40,341 nucleotides of DNA, taken from positions 1-40,341 of the IMG/VR virus record IMGVR_UViG_2619619135_000001, one strand, 5' to 3'. A program made the translations under genes and the position numbers. The DNA is from a virus (lineage: Duplodnaviria > Heunggongvirae > Uroviricota > Caudoviricetes). Below, piece by piece: positions 18,886-28,605 of the stretch (the first letter of the stretch is position 1; every line of letters begins with the position of its first letter). A model generated the notes under the pieces. That model saw only the letters and a program-made list of their open reading frames with translations, ran no database searches and was not told the DNA's origin.

Positions 18886-19572
18886 TTAGAAGTTCAGATT
18901 TTTCAGTGCATTCAGTGCAGAGCCCACATCCTCAGCGTCGCGCAGGGACAGTGCGCCATAGCCCCCGGTCATGAATGCTTTGGCCTGGGTACGGGAGAGT
19001 CCGACATCACGCAGGACTCTTTCGATTTTTTTCTGTTCGGGGATTTCCCCGCGGGCCAGTGCGTTCTTGACGTCGCTGATCCGCGCCTCGTCGTTAGACG
19101 GGAACGTCACCAGGCTGACTTCCCAGAGGTCGATTTCTTTCAGCAGAAAGGCTTCTTTGCTCCGGTCGTATTCCCAGTCTTTCAGGACGTACCCAATAGA
19201 AAGGCCGGTTAACGAACCGGCCTTCATGTGTGCATGTGCGCGTTTTGCGAGGGGATCATCATCAATAAGCAACCGTCCCCTGACGTAAAGCCCGACATCG
19301 TCTTCCTTCATTTCGGTGTAAACACCGATGGGTTCATCCATGCGGTGCTGCCAGAGCAGCGCAGGTAACGCTTTTCTGTCACTCCACGCCCGCAGGGAAG
19401 CAGCAAATGCCCCGGACATCACCACATCATCGTGGCTGTCCTTTACACCAAAGACGGAGCCATACCCTTCAAACTCACCGGAGTCACTGACAGATTTCAG
19501 ACTCAGCGGTACATCAAGACGTTGTTTCGTCTGCATTGGCGTTATCCTTCTGCTTACCGGCTTTACTGCCAT
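18886..19572 (-). CDS. Prohead maturation protease (HK97 family)
   Basis: 228-aa ORF between portal and capsid; the true start may be the internal Met at about 19536. Confidence 0.75.
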   Translation of the reverse strand: MAVKPVSRRITPMQTKQRLDVPLSLKSVSDSGEFEGYGSVFGVKDSHDDVVMSGAFAASLRAWSDRKALPALLWQHRMDEPIGVYTEMKEDDVGLYVRGRLLIDDDPLAKRAHAHMKAGSLTGLSIGYVLKDWEYDRSKEAFLLKEIDLWEVSLVTFPSNDEARISDVKNALARGEIPEQKKIERVLRDVGLSRTQAKAFMTGGYGALSLRDAEDVGSALNALKNLNF

Positions 19573-20755
19573 CGGAGGGTTTCGTGGTCATGTTCATCGG
19601 TGTGAGATAGACATCACCACCGGGACGCGGATTCATATCTTCCAGGTCGCGGCAGTCATTGGGAGAGTAAATTCCCCAGTTGATCCCGGTGGCGTAGGCT
19701 TCAAAACGGGACTTCATATCCCCGCGCAGTAACGCCCCGGCGTTAAATTTGGCGTAATAAACGCCCTGCTTACTTTTTCGTACCAGTCCGGTGTTGATCC
19801 GCTGTTCGATGCGGGTCAGATACGGCACCAGTGAATAGTTGATAAATCCCAGCCCCAGCTCTTCGATATTGTTGAAGGTGGCGCGATCGGTGTTCTGCAC
19901 CATGTGCAACGGCACCCGGAACAGACGACAGATTTCTTCAAGCTGAAACTTGCGGGTTTCCAGGAACTGGCTGTCCTCGGCGTTCAGCGCCATCGACTTC
20001 CAGTCCAGCCCCATCTCAAGGATCATCGGGCGGTGAGCATTGCCAAGCCCGGTGTGACGCTCCTCAAAATCTTTCTTCAGGCGCTCATAAGCCTGATCTG
20101 ACAGCGTCTGCTCTGTACGCAACACACCCGACGTCACCGCGCCATTGCTGAACAGTCTGGCCCCGTGCTCTTCGGTCGCTGCCGCCAGCGATATTGCCTC
20201 GCGGGCATAGGCGATGGGATTCAGCCCCACCAGTCCGTCCAGCGTCAGCGTGCGCACATGCCAGATATCCTCCTGGCTCAGTACATCCGTGGAGCCATCC
20301 GGGAATGTGACCTGATAGATCGGCTCCCAGCTACTGTTAAGCTTCGGTACCACACAGCCGGGATCGACGGGCAGCAGTTCAGCCACTTCGCCAAATGCTT
20401 TCACTTTGTAGGCGTAAAAGTTTCCCCGCAGGCACAGACAGGTGACCACCAGCTCCCAGAACTCCTGCGGCGTCATATAGCCATTGGGATGCGTGGAGAT
20501 CAGTTTATGCAGACGTTCGCCGGTGGCTCTCTGCTTCAGGCTGCCGTTCAGGTGATACAGATTGCAGGGCAACATCCCGACCGACTCTGCCAGCACTCTG
20601 ACGCAGGAAAAAACCGCCGTCAGTCGCATGGCCCGCTGACTGCTGATCTGCTTTCCGGTATAGGTGTCGTAGGACAACCCGATGGCATCCGCCAGCTCTG
20701 CTGGCGTGGTCACCGGTGCGTCACTTTTTCGTTGAAATAATCCCGAAAAGAACAC
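19514..20755 (-). CDS. Portal protein (HK97 family)
   Basis: 413-aa ORF downstream of terL. Confidence 0.85.
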   Translation of the reverse strand: MFFSGLFQRKSDAPVTTPAELADAIGLSYDTYTGKQISSQRAMRLTAVFSCVRVLAESVGMLPCNLYHLNGSLKQRATGERLHKLISTHPNGYMTPQEFWELVVTCLCLRGNFYAYKVKAFGEVAELLPVDPGCVVPKLNSSWEPIYQVTFPDGSTDVLSQEDIWHVRTLTLDGLVGLNPIAYAREAISLAAATEEHGARLFSNGAVTSGVLRTEQTLSDQAYERLKKDFEERHTGLGNAHRPMILEMGLDWKSMALNAEDSQFLETRKFQLEEICRLFRVPLHMVQNTDRATFNNIEELGLGFINYSLVPYLTRIEQRINTGLVRKSKQGVYYAKFNAGALLRGDMKSRFEAYATGINWGIYSPNDCRDLEDMNPRPGGDVYLTPMNMTTKPSDGSKAGKQKDNANADETTS

Positions 20756-20937
20756 TATTTACCTCCACCAACAGACAGCTGTGTACGATCGAGATATCGC
20801 GCTACCAGCCACGACCAGAACAGGCACAACGCCCCGGCAACAACAAACCCCGCCGGGGGATAAATCAGCCAGGCACCATACGCCAGCAAAAGCGCCCCCA
20901 GCACGCCCACCAGAGGCGCGAGAATCAGCATGATCAT
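20755..20937 (-). CDS. Small hydrophobic protein
   Basis: 60-aa ORF with two hydrophobic segments between terL and portal. Confidence 0.35.
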   Translation of the reverse strand: MIMLILAPLVGVLGALLLAYGAWLIYPPAGFVVAGALCLFWSWLVARYLDRTQLSVGGGK

Positions 20938-20948
20938 AATTACCTCAG

Positions 20949-22682
20949 TTAAAGCGAGCGGATCCCATAGGACTCAATGTGGTCAGACAGCGTGTCTTCT
21001 TTCTCGTACAGCATGGCTCTGCCAACCGCCATAATCAGCGCAACTGCACCGTCAATTTTGTTTTCCGCCTGCTCTTTGACGGGTTTCACCACATCATCGT
21101 TACCCGGAATGGTTTTGCCGACCACATTGCCGATACACCAGGTCATGATGGGATTGCCATCATGATGAAAGCGCCCCGATTCAATTGCCGCTTCCAGCTC
21201 TTTCATCGGGTCGGACATGTTGGTGTAGTTCTGAATGATAGTGACGGGATTCAGGTCTTCATCAGCAAGGTCATGTGACAACCCGGTCGCCCCGAAGGGG
21301 TCGATGGGTGACTCACTGACCGGGCTGATTTTGTTCGCCGCTTTGGCCTCCTCGAGGATGTAGCGATAATCCACCTCCGCACCATCGGTAACGGTCAGAA
21401 CGCCCATTTCCACCCATTTCTGAAAGCGTTCGGCTGTCCGGCGATCTTCATTTTTCTCGACGCTGTACACCGTGTCATACGGTACCCAGAAGCGCGGAGC
21501 CACACTGTAGTAATGCGTTTTACCGTCAATCTCGCGGGTATAAAGTCGCGCCATGCTGTTCATATCCAGCTTACGCGCCAGGTCAAAGGCCAGAATGCAC
21601 GGTTGCCCCTCGAACTGCTCAAGGGTCAGTGATTTATCCTCGCAGCTCTGCCAGCTCACCAGGTTGAAATACGCCGAACGCGCCGACACCCAGATATTGA
21701 GGTGTTTTGTTTTAAAGACGTTTGCCAGACGGGCGTTATTTTTCGCACGCTGCTGCTGACTTAACAAAAATTCGCGATAAACCGACACGCCAATATTCGG
21801 GTTAGCTTTTTCCAGCACCTGCGGGTCGGTCCAGTCATCGCCTTCGTCAACGGTATAGATGATCCCGAACAGTTCATCGTTGGGTACCGAACCGTTGAGC
21901 ATCTCGATAACTTCCCGCCGCTTGTCGTAGCACGGCCCCTCAATGTTGTACCCGGCGGTGGTGATGGCCCACATCAGTGGCTGACGTCGCGCGCCCATCC
22001 CGGTAAGCATCGTGGTATAAAGCGCATCGGTGGCGTGCTCGTGATATTCATCCACCACGGCACAGTGGGGTGATGAACCATCACCGGGGTTACCGATCAG
22101 CGGTTCAAACCGCGCGCCATCCTCCGGACGGTTCATGTTTGAGGCGTTAACCTCAATCCCGAACGCTTCCGTCAGCATGGGTGTGCGTTTACACATCAGT
22201 CGCGCCGGGCGAAAGACTTCCCACGCCTGTTTCTCTGTCGTGGCACCGGAATACACTTCCGCGCCAAACTCGTTATCACAGGCAAAACAATACAGGGCAA
22301 CACCGGCAGAGATTGCCGATTTGCCGTTCTTACGGGGGATTTCGGTATACACCTCCCTGAAGCGGCGCAGCCGGGAGCCTTTATTGACCCAGCCAAACGC
22401 ACAGCAGATCACAAAGAGCTGCCACGGTTCCAGCGTGATGGGCATCCTCTTGAATGCCCACTCCCCCTTGGTGTGTGGCAACAGCTGAATAAATTTCGCG
22501 GCCCGTTCAGCCAGGTCCTTGTCGAAGCGGTAACGAAACGACTTACTTTTTTCCGCCATCAGGTCATCAAGATGGCGCTGGCAGGCCTGAATCACAAACT
22601 GGCAGGCCACAATCTTTCCGCGCACGACATCACGGGCATACTGATTGGCAGCATTTACGTTGGGGTAAGATTTCCGGCTCAT
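20949..22682 (-). CDS. Terminase large subunit
   Basis: 577-aa ORF with a Walker A-like PRKNGKS motif and a nuclease-type C-terminus. Confidence 0.9.
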   Translation of the reverse strand: MSRKSYPNVNAANQYARDVVRGKIVACQFVIQACQRHLDDLMAEKSKSFRYRFDKDLAERAAKFIQLLPHTKGEWAFKRMPITLEPWQLFVICCAFGWVNKGSRLRRFREVYTEIPRKNGKSAISAGVALYCFACDNEFGAEVYSGATTEKQAWEVFRPARLMCKRTPMLTEAFGIEVNASNMNRPEDGARFEPLIGNPGDGSSPHCAVVDEYHEHATDALYTTMLTGMGARRQPLMWAITTAGYNIEGPCYDKRREVIEMLNGSVPNDELFGIIYTVDEGDDWTDPQVLEKANPNIGVSVYREFLLSQQQRAKNNARLANVFKTKHLNIWVSARSAYFNLVSWQSCEDKSLTLEQFEGQPCILAFDLARKLDMNSMARLYTREIDGKTHYYSVAPRFWVPYDTVYSVEKNEDRRTAERFQKWVEMGVLTVTDGAEVDYRYILEEAKAANKISPVSESPIDPFGATGLSHDLADEDLNPVTIIQNYTNMSDPMKELEAAIESGRFHHDGNPIMTWCIGNVVGKTIPGNDDVVKPVKEQAENKIDGAVALIMAVGRAMLYEKEDTLSDHIESYGIRSL

Positions 22683-23173
22683 GATTCGATGATTTTCAGA
22701 AACGGGTTAGTGGCTTTCTTCTGCCCCGCCAGGCCAATCAGACGCTGGCGGCTGCTGGGGTCGAGTCCGAGCATTGCCCCCGTGCTGCTCATCTCGGACT
22801 CCTGTTCTTTCTTGGCGGTCAGCTCCGGATTTTTGACCATGCCACCCATTGCACCGGTGATGGTGTTGCCCTGTCTGGCAATATTTTTCACGGCACGCCG
22901 CCAGAACTCGTAGGCCACGCACCACCGCTCAAGCACCGCGAGGTCAGTCACGCACAGCAGGCCCTGACCGCAGAGTTCTTTGGTTGTCAGTTGCCACATG
23001 ATCGTGGCGAGAGGGAGATCTTCTTCAGCGAACCACTCCGGTGGCTCAACACCTTTGATGGGCGTAAAAACAGGTTCATCTTTATTCAGGGCTCGCTTGC
23101 CGGGGTTTCCGGCCAGCGCCTTGCGCGCCGTTGGCTTGGGGCGACGCCCGGAACCCCCCGCCGTTCCAGCCAT
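22679..23173 (-). CDS. Terminase small subunit (P27 family)
   Basis: Start moved to the ATG at 23171-23173 (MAGTAGG), which has AGGAG 8 nt upstream, rather than the upstream GTG. Confidence 0.75.
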   Translation of the reverse strand: MAGTAGGSGRRPKPTARKALAGNPGKRALNKDEPVFTPIKGVEPPEWFAEEDLPLATIMWQLTTKELCGQGLLCVTDLAVLERWCVAYEFWRRAVKNIARQGNTITGAMGGMVKNPELTAKKEQESEMSSTGAMLGLDPSSRQRLIGLAGQKKATNPFLKIIES

Positions 23174-23189
23174 ATGCGGCACTCCTGGT

Positions 23190-23298
23190 TAAATTTCATT
23201 TTTCGCGGGTATAAAAAAACGATGGGGCGGGCAGTCCGGAAGACGTCAGGTCACAGGGATTTGCCCCGCCCCTCCCCTCTGGCAGTGGGAACTGGTTC
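23190..23298. other. Candidate cos region
   Basis: Seen: GC-rich imperfect palindrome GGGGCGGGCA...TGCCCCGCCCC at 23224-23271 between HNH and terS. Known: HK97-type cos phages place cos here. Confidence 0.3.
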
Positions 23299-23649
23299 TC
23301 ACCTCAGCCGTTCACGGGCCGTCTTCGCCTTATGACACGGCCAGCACAGGCTCTGCAGATTACTGTCGGCATCTGTGCCGCCATGCGCTTTAGGGATGAT
23401 GTGGTCAACGGTTTTCGCCTCACGCACCACACCAGCACGCAGACATAACTGACACAGGCCTTTGTCACGCTTCAGCACACGTTCACGGATAGCATCCCAT
23501 TTCGAACCATAACCGCGCTGATGACGGGATTGTCCTGGCTTGTATTGCTTCCAGCCTTCGTTTTTGTGGCTTTCGCAATAGCCTGACGGGTCAGTGGTGG
23601 TGTGGCGGCAGCCGCGAACGCGGCAGGCTTTTGGGGTTCGCGGTGGCAT
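23299..23649 (-). CDS. HNH endonuclease (terminase-associated)
   Basis: 116-aa ORF with Cys pairs and HGG...N...H motifs (CQLC...DHIIPKAHGG...CWPCH). Confidence 0.8.
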   Translation of the reverse strand: MPPRTPKACRVRGCRHTTTDPSGYCESHKNEGWKQYKPGQSRHQRGYGSKWDAIRERVLKRDKGLCQLCLRAGVVREAKTVDHIIPKAHGGTDADSNLQSLCWPCHKAKTARERLR

Positions 23650-23687
23650 TAATGCTTCCCCTTAAACTATTACGATAGAGCAAACCA

Positions 23688-23725
23688 TGGAGATAAAAAT
23701 AAAAAGCCGCCCGGAGGCGGCGGTA
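23688..23725 (-). terminator. Intrinsic terminator directly after the protease moron
   Basis: Seen (minus strand): GCCGCC-tccg-GGCGGC followed by TTTTTATTTTTAT, beginning 4 nt after the protease stop. Confidence 0.6.
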
Positions 23726-23726
23726 A

Positions 23727-24629
23727 TCAAAATTTGAATATTACACTCTTACCATCTTCGCTTAATTGAAGACCATTACCTAATTTCAGATTCGCTTGTA
23801 ATGCAGACTGTCTAAATCCCTGAAGCCAAGATTCAAGGTTGAAATTATTAACTATATCGTCAATTAATGACGCCTTCCAAATTATTCCAAGCTGCAATGA
23901 CTCGGTATGCGTAACAAATTTTTTAGCATCATTTGAAACTTGCTCAAGATTCAGCTCACTGTTGAACATATTCATGCTGGCGTATATACCTAAGAAATGA
24001 TAAGCATTACCTGCATACATATTTCCATCTTTATCACCATACCCTCCTTTGGCCACTATCATGGCAGGAGATCCAGACATTCCAGGGAAAGCTGAGATAT
24101 CTAATACAATTGTTTTTTCACCATTGAAATCATATTCAGGCTCACTGGCGACACTTCCTGTTTTCCAAACAGGAAGCATATTTGCAGCATCATGAAAACC
24201 ATATGGATAGCCAATTAGTGTTACTCGTGCTGTCGGACCTTTATAAACACCCTCGTTCTTGACTCCACTGTTTAATGCTTCGAATTCGCAATCTTTAAGA
24301 TTATCTCCAAACAATGGAATTACTGCTATATCAGCATTTTTCTCACTTGCATGCTGAAGCCAAGTTGGTTTGCCGTTTTTAAAAAGAGGAATCTCAATGG
24401 TTTTGCTGCCACCTGATTTCACCCTAACTTTGAAGGAAATTGAGTCACCTAAAGGCGATTCTTTTGATTGTGGGCTATGTCCGGTGACAACATGATAATT
24501 TGTTACCAAGAATAAAAGTTGTTCTTCAATAGATTGATAAAAGAACCCTGTTCCCTGTGAAACTTGCACGCCATTCAAATTAAGACTAACCATTGTAGTC
24601 ACTAATGATAATGGATCTATATTTCCCAT
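23727..24629 (-). CDS. Trypsin-like (PA clan) serine protease, cytoplasmic, AT-rich moron
   Basis: Seen: catalytic-triad-like motifs TNYHVV (His), ADIAVIPL (Asp), GMSGSP (Ser); no signal peptide; AAGGAG SD 8 nt before the ATG. Confidence 0.7.
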   Translation of the reverse strand: MGNIDPLSLVTTMVSLNLNGVQVSQGTGFFYQSIEEQLLFLVTNYHVVTGHSPQSKESPLGDSISFKVRVKSGGSKTIEIPLFKNGKPTWLQHASEKNADIAVIPLFGDNLKDCEFEALNSGVKNEGVYKGPTARVTLIGYPYGFHDAANMLPVWKTGSVASEPEYDFNGEKTIVLDISAFPGMSGSPAMIVAKGGYGDKDGNMYAGNAYHFLGIYASMNMFNSELNLEQVSNDAKKFVTHTESLQLGIIWKASLIDDIVNNFNLESWLQGFRQSALQANLKLGNGLQLSEDGKSVIFKF

Positions 24630-24694
24630 TCTGACATCTCCTTCAGGACATAATATAGCATCCTATCCTTTAATGAAGGCTATAGTCCACTATA

Positions 24695-25159
24695 TCATTT
24701 TTGGCACTGTCCCTTGATATAGCTCTGAAGATAGCTGACTTGCTTCGTCACTGTGACGATTCGCTCTCTAAGGGCGAAATAATCCCGTTCAGCGGAGTCA
24801 GTAAGTCTGGGGGAGGAAGCATCGCCCATGCCACCGGTGCCGGTCGCTCCGTTTGCTGAACAGTTTGCTTTGACCCGCAGCCGCTTACGGCCAGCATCAA
24901 TATCCCTACGCAGATTACTGATAGTGATTTTCGCATTAGCTAACTCCTTTGTATATCTGGCATCGAGTTCTGCTACATCACGTTGACGCTTCTGCATATC
25001 AGCGATGGTCGCCATAGCCGAATCTAATGCCATAGCATTCTCATCACGCTGCTTTTTGTATTCAATGGCTTTATTGTGGTAATGATTCACTGAACAGATA
25101 AAAGAACCAATGACAGTAACGAAGAATGCAGCGATAACCAGCTTATAGCTCAACTTCAT
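24695..25159 (-). CDS. Rz: i-spanin Rz
   Basis: 154-aa ORF with an N-terminal TM segment; similar to lambda Rz as I recall it (e.g. ASPRLTDSAERDYFALRER). Confidence 0.85.
   Translation of the reverse strand: MKLSYKLVIAAFFVTVIGSFICSVNHYHNKAIEYKKQRDENAMALDSAMATIADMQKRQRDVAELDARYTKELANAKITISNLRRDIDAGRKRLRVKANCSANGATGTGGMGDASSPRLTDSAERDYFALRERIVTVTKQVSYLQSYIKGQCQK
24748..24936 (-). CDS. Rz1: o-spanin lipoprotein Rz1 (embedded in Rz, +1 frame)
   Basis: Seen: lipobox LAVSGC and a Pro-rich segment (PPPDLLTPLNGIISP) resembling lambda Rz1. Confidence 0.8.
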   Translation of the reverse strand: MRKSLSVICVGILMLAVSGCGSKQTVQQTERPAPVAWAMLPPPDLLTPLNGIISPLESESSQ

Positions 25160-25619
25160 TTATCACTCCACCAGCCTCTTTAAACCTGGCAATCAGGTCA
25201 CCAATTTTATGTTCATACTGACCGTAACCAGCGCCCGGCAAAGAAGCCCATATATTGCTGCAACGGTCGATTGCCTGACGAATATCGCCGCGATCAATCA
25301 TCGTCAAAGCGCCACGCTCTTTAATCTGTTGCAGTGCCACAGCGTCCTGGCTTTTGGGGGAGAAGTCTTTCAAACCAAGCTGTTTACGGTAAGCATCCCA
25401 CCAGCGTGAAAGAAGTTGATAACGGCCTGCGGCTGTTGATTTGAGTTTCGGGTTTAGTGTGACAAGTTTGCGAGGATGATCGGAGTAATCGGTAAATAGC
25501 TCTCCGCCAACAATGACGTCATAACCATGATTTCTGGTTTTCTGCCGTCCGTTATCCGTTCCCTCTGACCATGCCACCATATCCAGGAAAGCTTTACGCT
25601 GGGAATTTAGTACCTGCAT
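25143..25619 (-). CDS. R: Endolysin, lambda R-type lytic transglycosylase
   Basis: 158-aa ORF nearly collinear with lambda R as I recall it (NSQRKAFLDMVAWSEGTDNGRQKTRNHGYDVIVGG...). Confidence 0.9.
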   Translation of the reverse strand: MQVLNSQRKAFLDMVAWSEGTDNGRQKTRNHGYDVIVGGELFTDYSDHPRKLVTLNPKLKSTAAGRYQLLSRWWDAYRKQLGLKDFSPKSQDAVALQQIKERGALTMIDRGDIRQAIDRCSNIWASLPGAGYGQYEHKIGDLIARFKEAGGVINEVEL

Positions 25620-25622
25620 AAA

Positions 25623-25949
25623 TTACTCCTTAGAGCCACCAAACTTGTTACCGATTACTCTCATTGCAGCCCCTCGAATAGCATCAACACCGATCAGCCC
25701 CACCCCACCACCAATGGCAACAGATAGTGATTTAGGCCATCCGACATACTCAAGAGCGGATGCAAAAGTCAGCGTCAGAGCGCCACAGAGTAGAATTTCG
25801 AGTGTTTTTCGCTTCCAGCCGCCACCACCGCCAAAATAGGCAATACGTAAACCAGCCATAACAATCGACATAATCACTGCGCCCAGCGGTGTGTCTCCAC
25901 GCCACCAGCTCTGGACCAACTCCAGCCAGGTATTTGGGTTATGAGGCAT
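25623..25949 (-). CDS. Putative holin
   Basis: 108-aa ORF with hydrophobic segments immediately upstream of the endolysin; not lambda S-like. Confidence 0.5.
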   Translation of the reverse strand: MPHNPNTWLELVQSWWRGDTPLGAVIMSIVMAGLRIAYFGGGGGWKRKTLEILLCGALTLTFASALEYVGWPKSLSVAIGGGVGLIGVDAIRGAAMRVIGNKFGGSKE

Positions 25950-26087
25950 TTGTAGTTATCTCTCACCTCGCTGATACAGCAGGTGCAAATTGAGGGAACA
26001 TCATGTACCGCAAATCAGAAGCGGAAACGTCAAAGAAGCCGAACCGATGGACAACTGCGGAATAGGCCAGGACCAACGAATCCCCAG

Positions 26088-26123
26088 CCCCAGAAACGAC
26101 AAAACCCGCTCGACGGCGGGTTT
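26088..26123 (-). terminator. tR'-like intrinsic terminator upstream of the lysis genes
   Basis: Seen (minus strand): AAACCCGC-cgtcga-GCGGGTTT followed by TGTCGTTTCT, about 140 nt upstream of the holin start. Confidence 0.45.
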
Positions 26124-26210
26124 AAGCTGTGTGGCGAAGTAACCACTCTTAACACGATACAATAGTTTTTGCGTACGCGTTAACTTTTTATTATCCTCAT
26201 ACAACCTATA

Positions 26211-27365
26211 TTGTCCCCAACAAAAACGAAAAAAATGCCAAACCTAAAAATCAACCACGTTATTGTTCACGAGCTATTAAAAGAGAAAGATAAAGATTTT
26301 GACCACTCGAAACGATACAACCTGCGTGATTCTGAACTTGATAAAACAAACGCTGTTGTAATTTCCCTTGTTGAAGGGGTCGTTGCTCTTTATGGCTCTA
26401 AAGGCAACTCAGCACATTACGGTGTATTCAAAAGCGCCCCAAAAGAACAAGGTCCAATCCCGGTATTATTTGATCAGTATCACCAAACAGCAACTTCTCA
26501 ATCTATTGACTTTATTAACTTAACAAAGAAAATAATGGAACAAATGTATCATTCAGCCAAATCTCAATCTTGGTCTTCTGGAGGATACATTGTTTTTACT
26601 GATTATATTTCAGCAGGCATCAGATATTTTCTTGTAGCTATGATAAAAAAAACGAATGGAGTAACAATTAGCGAAAAACTCGAGCCAGAAGAAATGATAC
26701 ATCTGGAGTTAAATAATATTAACCAAGCTGCAAAAATAAATTTTCACTTATACTATCAATATCACCAAGCTGATGATGTTCAAAAAACAGAATTAAGCTA
26801 CTTAAGCTTCATCAACAAAACTACGGGACAGTCTGCTGCTGCATATTTCATCGCAGCTCTTGGGTGTGATAAGGGGATCGCATCAGCTGGAGCAACCCGC
26901 AAACTTCCAAATGAGGTAAAAAAGTTTTTTAAAAAACACAAAGAATTACGCCCTCATGCAAATGCAGTAAGAAACGCAGTAATAAAATATTTAGAATCCC
27001 AGTTCGGAAACAATTGCTCTGCAAAGCTTACAGATATTGAATCTATTTCTGCAACTCACATGGCATTTTTAGATGATGATAAAAAAGCCCCCCTAGTAAG
27101 AGAGCTCATGCAATATTTAAACAGCGAGGAGGTTAGAGTTCCTTCGGAGTTCGTCATAAATAAAACATCTCTTGACAAATTAAGGAATGTTATTTTCAAA
27201 GCAGATCAATATAGTTTTAATTTCGACAAAGATTTGCTTGGCATAACTACTGATGCTACAATTTTCTATGACGCTGAGCATGGGAATCTTACATTTAACA
27301 GACTCCCTATAGAAGCACAAAAAAAAATAAAAGATGCCTTAAAAGAAATGAATTTGTTAAACTGA
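26211..27365 (+). CDS. NdpA/YejK (NA37)-family nucleoid-associated protein homologue, moron gene A
   Basis: Seen: AT-rich ORF on the opposite strand to the late genes; track start is TTG at 26211, alternative ATG at 26235. Motifs match NdpA as I recall it: INHVIVHELLK, GGYIVFTDYISAGIRYFLVAMIK, SYLSFINKTTGQSAAAYFIAALG. Confidence 0.65.
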   Translation: MSPTKTKKMPNLKINHVIVHELLKEKDKDFDHSKRYNLRDSELDKTNAVVISLVEGVVALYGSKGNSAHYGVFKSAPKEQGPIPVLFDQYHQTATSQSIDFINLTKKIMEQMYHSAKSQSWSSGGYIVFTDYISAGIRYFLVAMIKKTNGVTISEKLEPEEMIHLELNNINQAAKINFHLYYQYHQADDVQKTELSYLSFINKTTGQSAAAYFIAALGCDKGIASAGATRKLPNEVKKFFKKHKELRPHANAVRNAVIKYLESQFGNNCSAKLTDIESISATHMAFLDDDKKAPLVRELMQYLNSEEVRVPSEFVINKTSLDKLRNVIFKADQYSFNFDKDLLGITTDATIFYDAEHGNLTFNRLPIEAQKKIKDALKEMNLLN

Positions 27366-27384
27366 GTTATAAAAGAAAAATAAA

Positions 27385-28605
27385 ATGAATCAGTTGAAAA
27401 TTGTAGTAGATTTATTTAGAAAATCTAAAACACCCCATTTCGACGGTGTTAAGTTTTCGGCGTCAATAGATTATACAACAGATATTAAAATGCTGTTGAC
27501 TACTATGCTAGATGATAATTTCAACGAAGGTTCATTCGATGAAATTGAAATTGATGGTTGCGAGATTTACGATGGAAATGATCTGCCTAATTCAGGAACC
27601 ACTTTAACATATTCATTTAAAGTCGCACGTAGAAGTGCAGATAGATTTTATGCTTCAAAAAGAGAGTTTATAGAAATTAATACTCTTCGAAAAGGCGTAA
27701 TGCCTAAGAACTATTACATTGCAGAAAGTGATTTTTATTCTTATGATGCCCAAAAGCCTGACTATATAATGACAATTGAAAAAATTTGTCAATTAATTTC
27801 ATGTTTATCGAACATAGCTCATTTCCACGATACCAAAAGTGATAGAAACACCAGTTTCTATCGCCTTGTTTTTGTACTACATTCAGAATCGAAATCAACA
27901 ACAGCAGTAATTGAAACTAATTTAACAGAGGAGGTCCTTGATATTGAAGACCTAAATATCAATCTTATAGCCAATTTATCTAAATCCGATGCAAGCAAAG
28001 ATAATCACTATCTTGAAAAACTGAACACATTCAGAAATACACTGATTGAATATATTTCAAAGACAAATGGCTCATTTATCAATATAATAAAAAACTGGAA
28101 CGATATCAATGAGTTATATAGCAACAACCTTGCTGTATATATGTCTGCATTCTCTTTCCATAAAACAAGAAAAGAGATTGCAGATGCTGAAATTGATTAT
28201 GCAGACAAAATATCTAAAGTCGTATCTGAAATAGCCAACAAAGCTTTAGCCATCCCTGTATCACTAGTTGCTGCAATATCGATATTTCAAATGACAGGGG
28301 AATTAGTTTCTATAGTGGCATTTTTAGGGATCTTATTGACATCTATTATTACTTATCTAGTCGCAGTGTCTCAAAAACGTCAACTTGAACGCATAATTCA
28401 TGCAAAAGATACCTTATTCGATACTATGATGAACAGATTGAGTGAAGAGCAAAATGAACTCAAACTCAGATTACAAATAGCTCAAATAGAGTTAAACAAA
28501 AATGAAGTATTCTGCATAAGAGTATTGGACTTAATGCGCTGCTTATCATGGATGCCAACATGTGTTGGCATATTAGCTTTATTAATAAATGACGTGCTAA
28601 TTTAA
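27385..28605 (+). CDS. Membrane-anchored protein of unknown function, moron gene B
   Basis: Seen: 19 nt after gene A; about 280-aa soluble N-domain then hydrophobic stretches (AIPVSLVAAISIFQ...VSIVAFLGILLTSIITYLVAV and C-terminal CVGILALLINDVLI); its stop overlaps the Q stop convergently. Confidence 0.65.
   Translation: MNQLKIVVDLFRKSKTPHFDGVKFSASIDYTTDIKMLLTTMLDDNFNEGSFDEIEIDGCEIYDGNDLPNSGTTLTYSFKVARRSADRFYASKREFIEINTLRKGVMPKNYYIAESDFYSYDAQKPDYIMTIEKICQLISCLSNIAHFHDTKSDRNTSFYRLVFVLHSESKSTTAVIETNLTEEVLDIEDLNINLIANLSKSDASKDNHYLEKLNTFRNTLIEYISKTNGSFINIIKNWNDINELYSNNLAVYMSAFSFHKTRKEIADAEIDYADKISKVVSEIANKALAIPVSLVAAISIFQMTGELVSIVAFLGILLTSIITYLVAVSQKRQLERIIHAKDTLFDTMMNRLSEEQNELKLRLQIAQIELNKNEVFCIRVLDLMRCLSWMPTCVGILALLINDVLI

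Noticed and set aside
11414-20740. Numerous plus-strand ORFs of 60-190 aa antisense to the tail and head genes (e.g. 11414-11902, 14259-14675, 15669-16259, 20165-20740)
   Set aside because: They lie wholly inside long, well-supported minus-strand genes in GC-rich DNA, lack SD sequences and have Arg/Pro-rich compositions typical of shadow ORFs.
26150-26260. Precise sigma-70 promoters for the cassette (plus strand) and for PR' (minus strand)
   Set aside because: Several -10-like hexamers exist (TATTAT, GATAAT, TATATT) but none has a convincing -35 at 16-18 bp spacing, so no promoter coordinates are reported.
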